Origin: Podarcis vaucheri
Lineage: Eukaryota
Length of the DNA stretch: 64,000 bases
Assembly (NCBI GenBank): GCA_965113315.1
Contig: OZ220364.1
Reading direction: 5' to 3' (one strand)
Shown: piece by piece, positions 12,270-22,686 of the stretch
Numbering within the stretch: the stretch's first letter is position 1
How the letters are laid out: every line of letters starts with the position of its first letter
The notes under the pieces: model-generated
Databases searched by the model: none
Told to the model about the DNA's origin: nothing
Seen by the model: the letters and a program-made list of their open reading frames with translations, nothing else
Made by a program: the position numbers and the translations under genes

Positions 12270-12345
12270 ATCTAGCTTGATGAAGAGTTCTAGAGAACTC
12301 ACATAAGTTCAGTATTTTGCTTGGTCCTGTTAAAGGTATTGCCCA
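12270..12345 (+). mobile_element. Old Penelope-like terminal repeat remnant with degraded hammerhead motif
   Basis: tgatgaagagttctagagaactc (hairpin gagttct/agaactc) followed by ttggtcctgttaaaggtatt, a typical squamate Penelope end. Confidence 0.5.
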
Positions 12346-13424
12346 ATTGTTTAATTTTTGGAAGGTGCTGGGTTCCCCCCCCCCCTTTCTGGATCAAATG
12401 GCTTCCTTTCTTGACTCTCAAGTGTATGTATTTAATCCATGTTGGGAGGGCTGGACCACTGCTTCTATAAAATGGTGGAGAAATAGGCTAATATTTATAT
12501 ATGAGACACTATCAATTATATTGTTGCCAGCATTTTTCTTTTCTCGCATGGCGCTCCAGTTTTTATAGATGGTTCAAGAAAACCAACCATATGAGATCAG
12601 GCCTGATTTGCATGGATTGCCCCATTGCCTGCAGGCTCCCCAAGGAAACATCCATCTTCTTGGCAGAGTTATGTGCAATCTCCCCAGTACTCACTGGACT
12701 ACATCAGGATACAGCCGTTGGAAAACTCCATCATTTACTCAGCCTGAAGTGAGCTCGTTACAGACACTGTGGTTGTTTCGGTTCAGTCCACACACCCTGG
12801 GCTTGCCACAATTTGATTTCAGCATGTCTTATTTTATTCCCTTCATAGTGGATTGAATAGGGTCTTGCAGTTCAGGGTCATATGAGGTAACAGAATCTAC
12901 TGCTCCCTTGCTCATAGTACACATAATTTTGCAATATGTATATGTATACACACACTGCTTATCAGAGTGTACGACTGCACAGCCTGAAGCAAAAGCACAT
13001 TGCAGATTAGCTATTACAGATCAAATTCATACAAAGACAATTTCTTTCTATAATGCCTGCCGAGCCAATGGTGCCATGGCTCCATTGTGTGTATACCTGG
13101 CAGAAATGCTTGAGGAACTGGTTCTTTGGGAATTGTGATACACACTGAACAGATCCACCCCTCCTGGATTAATGTGCAGATTGGAACACAATGATCCACT
13201 GGCTTTTGCGCTTTCCAAATATCCCAGCGTTGTTTTTGCCTCAAAACAGAAACTGCAACATTTTGGCACTTTCTTCTTTTCTAAAAGTCTACAATTAACG
13301 CAGATAGGAGATGGAATGAGCCAAGGCCCCCTTCCATTGTCTTATATGGTCTTCTGCAACCCTTTTCACCCAATGGGAGCAGCAGAGGTCATTGGCCATT
13401 TCTTCTAGTTCTTTTGAGGGATGT

Positions 13425-13611
13425 AATTTCCCTGGGAGCATTATACTGAGTCAGGCCATAGCTGCATTTAGTTCTGCACTGTCTGCACTGGCAGAGGCTT
13501 TCCAGGCTTTCAGGCAGGGGGCTCCCCCAGCCCAACCTGGAGATGCCAAGGACATCTAGGACTTTCTGCATGCAAAGCAGGTGTTCTATCACCGAACTGC
13601 AGCCCTTCCCC
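13425..13611 (-). mobile_element. tRNA-Ala-derived SINE
   Basis: The minus strand reads ggggaagggctgcagttcggtgatagaacacctgctttgcatgcagaaagtcc...ggcatctccaggttgggctggg. Confidence 0.75.
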
Positions 13612-14849
13612 CGGCATGTACATTTTAAATCATTTTCAAAAACTTAAAGCACTTTAGTACCCTGTCATTTATGTTGCAACCGGAACAGTACTTAAGCACC
13701 ACCATTAGAAAACAGTACTCATCAATAACTTCATAATTCTAGTCCTGAGCACATTTCCTTGAATGCCCCACTCTTTCAGTGGCTTTGCTTGCTGTCTAGA
13801 AATGACAGGCTCCTAAACAATTTAAACACTTCACAAACAATCATTGTAAATTCACATTATGATGCTAAGTCCTAACCAATTTCACTAGGTGCTTAAAAGT
13901 CACTATCACTACCTGGCTGGTTCTAGAACAAAAACATGTTTATTCTAGCAAGTTAATCCCCTTTGAAGATATATATAGATATATGAAATAGATCTGCAGC
14001 CACAGATGACTTGGATTTTAATGCAACACATTTTCCCCCTCCTACTGTGTAATCAGACTGAGCATCTGAAATCTATATTTTTTCATACCTGATCTTTCCA
14101 GAAGAATGATCTGTGGGTGGACAGCTCTATAGGTGCTTGTTTCCAACAGAAAGACTAATTGTTTTGATGGCTCTTTAATTAATCTCCTTGGGCCTCGGCA
14201 ATGAACTTTTGTTAAGTTCACAAGGCAGTAATGTAGGTGTAAAGCCCACCATCAAAATGCAGATCGATGCGCTTGATTGCATATGGGTGGGAGATATGGA
14301 TTGATACAAAGGAGATATTTGCACAATGGGCTCTTAATAGTTTATTACTTTCCTTTCCCTTGTCACCTCCCATCAGCCACGCTAATAGGTCGTAATCCTG
14401 CACCAAGTAACACAGCTATTGCTCCCCTAGGAATGGGCTGTGGCGTGGGGAATGGCACTCAATGACCTCTTCGGCTAAATGAGATTGTGCAGTACCTGCT
14501 CTGGGTGAGATAAACAGTCTGTTTACATAAGTTTATTTTAAATAACCAACCTCCAAAGGCTGGAGGCAGCTGGAGACACAATATCAGAGCATTTACGTAT
14601 TGTTGCTTTAAAACCCAAAGGAAGGACAAGCAATCCGCGAAGTTTTTCCACCACCGATCATTTGATCGGTAATTTATATTACAGAATGTATTAACTGCAC
14701 TTACAGTAGGGGTTCCCAAGGTGTGGTCCATGCTGCATTCAGGTGGCCTGTGGTGTGTCTGCATTCATATTGATTTTTAATTGTATTTTTATTGCTTCTT
14801 TTTTTAAAAAAAAACTACAGCCTCACAAGTAAAATTCCATAGAATATGT

Positions 14850-15270
14850 CCATAGGTAAGGTGATCCCCAAGTAAACTCATCCCAAGCTGTTAAAGGCTT
14901 AATAGTAACACCTTGAACTTGACCTGGTAAATGCATTGGGAGTTGATGGGAAGTCTTTTGTATTTTAGTAAAAATGTAGGATGAAAGAGACTGTATAAGA
15001 TTGAATTAATTTTTATTTGTATATTTACACAAGATCATTTACCCAAGATCGTTTTTTGTTTACATAAGATTGTTTTTTTGTTATCAACGAATCTCAATCA
15101 AGTATTTAAAAGGGAAAAAACAACAACCCAAACCGAACTTGACCTGATAACAAATGGGCAACCAGTGCGGGGGTCTGAGCACCCACAATGCTGACAGGAT
15201 CTCACTCCCGCTGCAGTATTCTGCACAAACTGAAATGCCATTTCTGGGTCAAGACCAAGGGAATCCCCAT
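14850..15270 (-). mobile_element. Degraded L2 ORF2 fragment interrupted by an AT-rich, A-tailed insertion (14931-15134)
   Basis: L2-like stretches ccttgaacttgacctg and ggcaaccagtgc...gctgcagtattctgcac. A near-perfect duplication gaacttgacctgrtaa at 14915-14930 and 15135-15150 flanks the insert. Confidence 0.5.
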
Positions 15271-15460
15271 CTAAAGGTCCCTTCCAGTACTGATTATACT
15301 ATACTATACTTTTATACTATGAATAAAAAAATTCAGTTCCCTCCCTACATTCTCATTTTGATCCCAGCAAATAAAAATTATTTATGTTTCACACATGGAT
15401 GAGAAAACTTTTGGAGACAGACTGGGGTATGCTTCATATGGGTCTTTAACATTTGTAATA

Positions 15461-15702
15461 CAGTAGTACCTCGGGTTACATACACTTCAGGTTACATACG
15501 CTTCAGGTTACAGACTCCGCTAACCCAGGAATAGTGCTTCAGGTTAAGAACTTTGCTTCAGGATGAGAACAGAAATCGGGCTCCGGTGGTGCGGCGGCAG
15601 CAGGAGGCCCCATTAGCTAAAGTGGTGCTTCAGGTTAAGAACAGTTTCAGGTTAAAAACGGACCTCCGGAACGAATTAAGTACATAATCTGAGGTACCAC
15701 TG
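15461..15702. mobile_element. Tigger/pogo-like MITE (CAGTGGTACCTCGGGTTA family)
   Basis: TA|cagtagtacctcgggtta...taatctgaggtaccactg|TA. Paralogous to 36976-37248. Confidence 0.9.
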
Positions 15703-16554
15703 TATTAAGAACTGTGCTATGTGCCCCATAGCTGGCCTGCCATTAAATTCCTCAAAGGCAGAATATTGGTTATCCACTGCCACTCATATTCTTAAGTGTA
15801 CGGTCAAAATGTTATGGGTAGACAGCTGAGCACTCCACTACTAAGTTTTGGGATCTGTTGATTGCCACATACAGGAATAGGAAAAGGCACCTTAAAGGCT
15901 GCTATCAAACTGCATTTCTCTCCCAAATTGGGTCAGGAGAAGATGCCATTTTTAACCCATTCTTCATCTTTCATTTGGTAGGACATATTTCATCCTAAAG
16001 CAACAACCCCTACCCAAACGGAACTTAAGATATGCACGCAAAGCCCTTTGCAAAGGTCAGGTAGAAGAGATGCTGTGACCCATTGATTATATTTCTCCAT
16101 AGCACTATAGAGAGTGGTAGAATGGTAAACTCAGGGCAGAATCAAACCCAGATCTGTTGCAGTTCACCTTTTGCTTTTAATTCGGCAGTTCAATTTCAGC
16201 TGTGGCTTTATTGCTCGCTGACAAATGGACTGAGACCACCAATCTGTTTCTCCCAGAATGCGGAAGTTCAATTTGATTTAATCTTGTGTGACATGAAGAT
16301 GAAAGATGGCAAACTGTTGACAGTCCTGAATGCATTTATTTGGAAGAGTAGGGCCCAATGATTTCAACAGGACATACTTCTACATAAAGCAGGCCTAAGA
16401 TCATTGAGCCTTGCATAGCTTAGCAAATGAAGTTCAGGAAGCTAGCAGTGGTAAATGTGGACTGAAGGATAAAGAAGTCACAATTCTGAGATTTTTGATC
16501 CTTGGGTTTTTTAAATGTCCTGATCTGTTCAGTAGCATGATCTACCCAAAACTG

Positions 16555-16555
16555 T

Positions 16556-16615
<60 letters not shown>
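16555..16615. repeat. (TTTC)n microsatellite
   Basis: Directly visible. Confidence 0.95.
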
Positions 16616-17010
16616 TTTCTTTCTTTCTTTTGCATTTTTTCTTCCTTTCAGCAAATTAATGTCATACCTCGCTAGCAGTCTCCCTTGAGAATAACCAGAG
16701 CTTTGAACTGCTGCCTCTGCAGTACCATGTTGATGTTCAGAGGCATTCTTTTGAGCCTGCAGCCTCTTATCTCTGGCTTTGACACTGTAGGCAGCTTGTC
16801 AGCATCCATGCCTGCCACTCTTTTGAGCTTATGTGCATCTGGTGGGAGTGAGAACAGCAGTTTCTCGGAGATTAGAAGTCTCCCTGCTCACCTTAAGACA
16901 TGCCAATCATGCCATGCTCTTCTCGGTGATATACTCATCACTGCATTTGAAAAGGAGGACCAGTTGCCATTCTTTTCTCAGCAGAGCTGTGTAAATATGT
17001 CTATATATAG

Positions 17011-17015
<5 letters not shown>

Positions 17016-17058
<43 letters not shown>
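17016..17058. repeat. (TA)n microsatellite
   Basis: Directly visible. Confidence 0.95.
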
Positions 17059-17060
<2 letters not shown>

Positions 17061-17680
17061 AGAAAGCCAAGCCAGTGGGTGATACATGGGAAGAAGAGAA
17101 TGAGGTTTCCAAATACCATTAAAATGGAAACTATTCTCTCCTTTTTCTGCCCGCCCTTTGGCATTTGGCAACTGTTGTCAATAAGCCTTTGTAAGCAAGG
17201 CCAGGTAGGATTTTCTGTATCAAAATATTTATATGGATTGAGCTCTGATTAATCTTCATCTAAAAAGTTAAAAGGGGGGTGGACTTCCTTGACATCTTGA
17301 TCTGGGCTTCTTTCAAATGGGTGGCTCTTAATGCTAGTAACTCATGGCTCTTTTGCTGGAAGCCACAAGTGGAATTACAATGGGCTTTTCATACTGTTTC
17401 CTTGATATGTTCTATCTATCCTATGTTCTAACCTTGCTGTGTTTTAACATCCCCTCCATGAGCTGCTTTCTCAAGGTACAGAATCCATGTCACATCCCAT
17501 TCTGTGCAGGCCAGGAGGAAAGCCCACCCCATGACCAGCTGTAGTGACCAGAATGCTCCCAGGTGTTCCTCCATGGAAGCACACCTGCTTCCGTCCTTTT
17601 CCTTTGAAACCTCCAGGGCAGACAGTTGTGCAATGGCTGAAGGTGTTTCTAACATGGAACTGTTGCAATAAGGGAAACTG

Positions 17681-17810
17681 AACCTAAGAGCAGAAGAAGA
17701 GCCCAACTCGATCAGGCCAAAGACCCATCTAGGCCAGCATCTTGCTCTCACAGTGGCCAACCAGATGCTTAAGTGAAGCCCACAAGCAGTACCTGAATGC
17801 AGCAGCTCTC
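17681..17810 (-). mobile_element. CR1-type LINE 3' UTR fragment
   Basis: gatcaggccaaagacccatctaggccagcatc...cacagtggccaaccagatgc is the reverse complement of the CR1 end at 50165-50347. Confidence 0.65.
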
Positions 17811-18234
17811 TGTCTCATGAGATCTTTCAGGGCTTTTTATATGGGACCTGCAGTGCTGATTTGTGCAACTATCAGGCACACAGGGATGATGTCATTTGAT
17901 AGGGGAGCCATTTGGCCAGCGTGGCAGCAGTGTATCTCCAGTCGTGGTGCCTATGAAAGTAACTATAGAGTTGCCAGAAGTATAGGATTGCTCTGCTTCA
18001 TATTCATCTATTCCACTTGACAACTATGAATCTGAATGCGCCTTGTATAAGCCTTTAGCCTGATATTCCCCTCATGGATGATTTACACTTAACGTCACAT
18101 GAAATTGCATCATGGGGCTCATTGAAAGCCAGGAAAATCCATTTTGAAATATTTTGGGCCAAGCTGTCTGTCTCATGAGATCTTTCAGGGCTTTTTATAT
18201 GGGACCTGCGGCGCTGACTTGTGCAACTATCAGG
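17804..18234. repeat. 73-bp dispersed direct repeat (17804-17876 and 18162-18234)
   Basis: The two copies differ at 4 of 73 positions and are 358 bp apart start to start. Confidence 0.95.
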
Positions 18235-18659
18235 ATACTCATTTGGTTCTCATTCATAGCCATCATTTATTTCCGTCCTGTCGTCTGTCATCTTGCGGTT
18301 TTGTGCAAAGGGGGAAAGATGGGAAAGACACTGATCTGGTGTTTCACGAAAGAAGAAACAACTAGAAAGAGAGGGAACTCCACCAGGAAACTCAAGACTG
18401 GCAGGTGGTTCCCAAATTCATTGATGCCGTTGCTTAGGTACATCTCTTAACAGGTGAAAATCCCAATTTGGTAGAACAACGAGGCTAGAGACAGAGGGAA
18501 TCTATAAAAGGACCTGCCAAAATAAACCTCTCTCTATTTCTACTCTGAACTTAGAGAGCATGAAGGAAACGGTCTTTAGAATGAGCTGGGCATGGATTCT
18601 AACTCTCTTGAGCACCATTCTGCTGCAGTCCCTTATAAAATGAAAATACCTACCTATTA

Positions 18660-18865
18660 TTTTTATATTGCTGGCAGTTATAGCCCACCATTTTTCTCCA
18701 GGGTGGCATGTATGATTCTACCCCTCCTCCTTCAATTCCCCCAACAACCATGTGAGGCTGAGAGGCAGTGACTGGCCCAAGTGAGCTTCATAGCAAGTTA
18801 GGATTTGAACTCTGGTCTCCCAGTTCCTAGTCTGAAGCTCTCACCACTGCACCACGCTGGCTCTC
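18660..18865 (-). mobile_element. CORE-type (MIR/Squam3-like) SINE
   Basis: caacaaccatgtgaggctgagaggcagtgactggcccaagtgagcttcat...ggatttgaactctggtctccc...caccactgcaccacgctggctctc. Confidence 0.7.
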
Positions 18866-19136
18866 AAGTAGCAATGTTGCTGTGAAGATACATGGAATAA
18901 GAATGGCAAAGAACTAAATTTCAGAGGATTGTATAAATGATAAGTAATGTTAAATATTTATTTGATTATTGGCTACTGTTCATCAGTAATGTTCCTTTTT
19001 ACAGATTATACACAGAATCTGCTGTGAATCTAATGTGGATGAGTAAACACATGAGTAAAAGTATGTGACTTCCCAGGGTTTCATCAATGTTCTTACTTGT
19101 ATCTACTGCCCTAATGGCCTAACATTGTATAACATG

Positions 19137-19266
19137 ATTCAGGTAGGTAGCCGTGTTGGCCTGATGCAGTCGAAATAAATAAGAAATTGTCCAGTAGCAC
19201 CTTAGAGACCAACTAAGTTTGTTCTGGGTATAAGCTTCCGTGCGCATGCACACTTCTTCAGATACC
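19137..19266 (-). mobile_element. Penelope-like element terminal fragment
   Basis: ttcaggtaggtagccgtgttgg...ccagtagcaccttagagaccaactaagtttgtt...aagcttccgtgcgcatgcacacttcttcagatac, the characteristic lacertid Penelope end. Confidence 0.8.
19227..19266 (-). ncRNA. Minimal type-I hammerhead ribozyme motif (one core substitution)
   Basis: The minus strand reads GGUAU-CUGAAGA-A-GUGUGC-AU-GCGCAC-GGAA-GCUU-AUACC: helix I GGUAU/AUACC, CUGANGA box, helix II hairpin, GAAA box mutated to GGAA, and palindromic AGCU as helix III. Confidence 0.65.
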
Positions 19267-20140
19267 ATGCTTATATGTCTTGCCATTTCAGGGCCCCATC
19301 AGCTGCAGTCATACAATATTTCATTTTAGAATATTTCCATTTTATCCTCTCATTTCCAGCATCCATCTTACCATCCCCATTCATAAACTTCCCATCATGA
19401 CAGTTTGGGCTGCAACCCTATGCAACCTCTCTCTGAAGTAATCTCCATCACCATCCACTGGACTGACTTCCAATCTGGGCCTGGGAGTTGCGAACAGCTT
19501 CTTATCTATACTCAAAGAAGAGCAGAGAATAATTGTGCTGGGTTTAGAAGCAGCTGTTTAGATGGCTGGCGTTAAAGCAGCTAGAAAATGTGGTAGCAAT
19601 TTATGCCCAGCAATAACAGCAAGCTGCTATTTTAGCTTCATAAAAATGTAGTTAGAAAATATTGTAACGTGCAGGCTGCAATGACTTTTACAATCCCTCG
19701 TAAAAATAATACTGCAACATTTTGTCATGATCAGCAACCAGTGCTTTTTCCCAAAGGCATTGGGACAGAGGAAGGAATCTCTGGCTCTGCTGTTCCAGCA
19801 GAGGCTGACATCCTGACACACAAAGCTTCCTCAAATTACAGACTGCGTTCACCCTAATTGTAGACTGGGTCACCTTTAATGTCCTGCCAGGAGGACATCC
19901 CAAGGTGGAACTCCCAGCAAGCCTGGAAGGATGTTTGAAGTTATACACCACATCAAACATACAGATGAGATGAGTGAATTGCCCAGCTCCTCACTGGCCT
20001 GGTTTAGAAGAACTACAGATGTGCTGGATAATGCTATGCAAAGGATGCTATCTTGCCAACCGACTGCCAAGGGAAAACTTCCTTTAGCCTCACAGGACGG
20101 TACTGTGAGGTACCTACAAGATCTTACAAAGATAAAGGGG

Positions 20141-20849
20141 TAATGTCAGTTTAGTGGTTAATGTGTGTAACAACCAGCTATTGTGCACATTCACCATGTC
20201 TCATGGAGAATGGGTACATAATTTGTCCAAGAAGAGGGAATTGTGTGCATTCATTGCATACATGATCTCCTACTGACCTTAGGCAATGTGCATATATTGA
20301 CTGAATTTTGTACACTCTTTGGCCATTGTGCATAATCCCTGACAGGGCTTGGAGAGTATGCATTTTCCACTGCATTTTGTACATACCCCACAGACAATGT
20401 GCACATTGTCTAGTCCAAATGTTAGCCTCCAAGAAACATGCCCTTGTTTTCTATTGCTAATCCAGATATGTGCAATCTGTGCCCCTCAGGCTGCTCCTGA
20501 CCTATTGTCGAATCCTGCATGGCACTCAGCATACCCTCCCACTGAGCAGCTGAGCAGTGAAAATAAGGCATGAGGCTCCATAGAAAAAATAACTTCCTTT
20601 GCAGTTCAGATGCCTTTCCTTCGCACTCAGCTGTTCCCCAGTTAGTGGAGTGCCACAGGAGAGATTGCGCACAATGGCCGCAAAATGTACAAACTTCAGT
20701 CAATATATGCATGTTCCGCAAGCCCTGGTGGACATTTTTTACATGAACTCAGATATGTGCCCAGTTCCATGGGCAGGTTATATGCACATTTTCCATGAGG
20801 TCTGCATGATAGCCAGTTGTTCTGCACATTAACCGCTCAACTTACATTA
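20141..20849. mobile_element. ~710-bp foldback / palindromic DNA-transposon-like element
   Basis: 20141-20182 matches the reverse complement of 20808-20849, and 20287-20348 matches the reverse complement of 20652-20713. Confidence 0.75.
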
Positions 20850-21385
20850 TCTAACATAGATGATAGATATAGAACCATATTCAACTAACCCAGCAGAAGC
20901 CAGCGTAAGGATTCTGGTGAATACAACTGGGTTTTCTCCCCTCTCTCTCCTCTGCATCCCACCCTGCCTTCCCCAAATCCACTCTGGGGGGTCAGGAGAG
21001 CCCACAAAGTTTGTGCAAGGGGAGGAGATGAACGTTGATTCTGTTTTGCAAGCAGAAATGTTTGTGCTGATGAAACAACCATCTTAGTGCTATGTTGCAT
21101 CCTTCCCATAGATATACATACTGAAATGCCCAAAGACTACAAAATGCCTTGACTCCTCCATTCAAAACACTCAAAATGAATCTCCTACTCTTCCTAGCCA
21201 TTAGCTCCCACTGAGGAAACATCCACCAACCATTCACTAGCCTGACAAAAGGAATAGAAGTATGCTTCACTGAGACCAAAGATATCCATCTCTAATTGAT
21301 GTATTTGGAATTGAGAATTCCTTGAGAGCAGGCAGAACAGATGACTTTTTGGGTATATCTTTCATTGGTACCTCAAAACCTCTAT

Positions 21386-21431
21386 CCTTCCTTCCTTCCT
21401 TCCTTCCTTCCTTCCTTCCTTCCTTCCTTCC
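21386..21431. repeat. (CCTT)n microsatellite
   Basis: Directly visible. Confidence 0.95.
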
Positions 21432-22462
21432 TGAAGTGTGCATTTGCTGTACTGTGCTAGCTTTCCTTCGACAGTGCTTAATAACTCCCACATTCACAGA
21501 GGCTGTATAAGCAATCTGGAGTAAGATTTATCACCACTTTAACCCTTCAGGATCATTACCCTGAGACTTTGAGACTAACCAGAAATGCTATGACAACTTC
21601 CACTCAGGCAGTAATTAAACACTTTTTAAAGATGTGTCACAGCCACCAGAGGAGCAGCAAATTGGCATCATGCCACCCATCGGCATTATTATATTGTCAA
21701 CAGCCAGGCTTTCTCTCTTGAGGAATCTTGCCTCTGTGCTCTCCCAACTACTTTCCCTTTATTAGTAAAGTGTCATCTCAGGCTCCGGGGAGAAGGTTCA
21801 ATGCTGAGCATTGTAGCATGGGGCTGAAAAGTTTGAGGAAAGCCTGGCTGGATCAAAAAGCGTGTGCAGAAGTTGTATCCTAAGTCAAGTTTTCTGCAGA
21901 CCTACATCACAGCTGAAGGAAACTGACTCTCTGAGAGAAGAAAACTGGAACCATTCCTAGGGACTCCTGCAGAAACAGCCCCCCAAGTCAGAAGCTGTGA
22001 GATATTCATAGGGTTTGGCTACATCACACCTGGGGTATTTAGTTGAACAGTATTTCATTTATGGCTTTCATCTTATTTTTATTCTACCTTTATCACCTGT
22101 AGAAATGTAGGCTCAAGAGTGATAAATAAAATAAGCAGGGAACTCAGGATGTAAAAGTCTAGGCTCTCTTGGTCATAGAATCCACCTCGCTCACCCCTTC
22201 AAACCATCACTGAGGCCATTGCCATAAGAGTCCATTAAAAGTCCCCATTTCTTTGGGGACAGCTTCCCAGGTTCTATAAACTTATTATTATTATTATTTG
22301 AATTTATATAACGCCCTATACCCATAGGTCTCAGAAGGAGCAAGGTCAAACACTCAGCCATATGTTTTTATTTTATTATGTATTATTAAATTGTATTCAT
22401 TCCCCTATATAAGTTTGATTTCAACTATGCTTTTTTGTGGGGGAGAGGCTGGGAGGCTTGGT

Positions 22463-22548
22463 GCCTGGATAGCTCAGTTGGTTAGAGTGTGGTGCTGATA
22501 ATGCCAAGGTTGCAGGTGTGATCCCCATATGGGATAGCTGCATATTCC
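22463..22548 (+). mobile_element. tRNA-Ile-derived SINE head (3'-truncated)
   Basis: tagctcagttggttagagtgtggtgctgataatgccaaggttgcaggtgtgatcccc resembles tRNA-Ile, has a damaged B box, and continues into the SINE body gggatagctgcatattcc. Confidence 0.75.
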
Positions 22549-22686
22549 CTCTAGACGGTCCAGAAGGATGTTATGGTCGATTGTATCAAAGGCCGCTGAG
22601 AGATCCAGCAGAACTAGGAAACAACTCTCACCTTTGTCCCTAGCTCCCCGGAGATCATCAACCAGTGCGACCAAGGCAGTTTCAGT
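22547..22686 (-). mobile_element. L2 LINE reverse-transcriptase internal fragment
   Basis: Translates [11 protein letters not shown]...[23 protein letters not shown], containing the L2-clade RT motif [10 protein letters not shown](V/I)DH. Confidence 0.9.

Noticed and set aside
19005-19060. Possible 56-nt exon (ttttacag acceptor, gtatgt donor)
   Set aside because: The splice signals could occur by chance, the peptide is unrecognisable and no partner exons were found.
22463-22535. tRNA-Ile(GAT) gene
   Set aside because: The B box/T-loop is damaged (gtgtgatc), the acceptor stem is poor, there is no T-run terminator, and the sequence continues into a SINE body.
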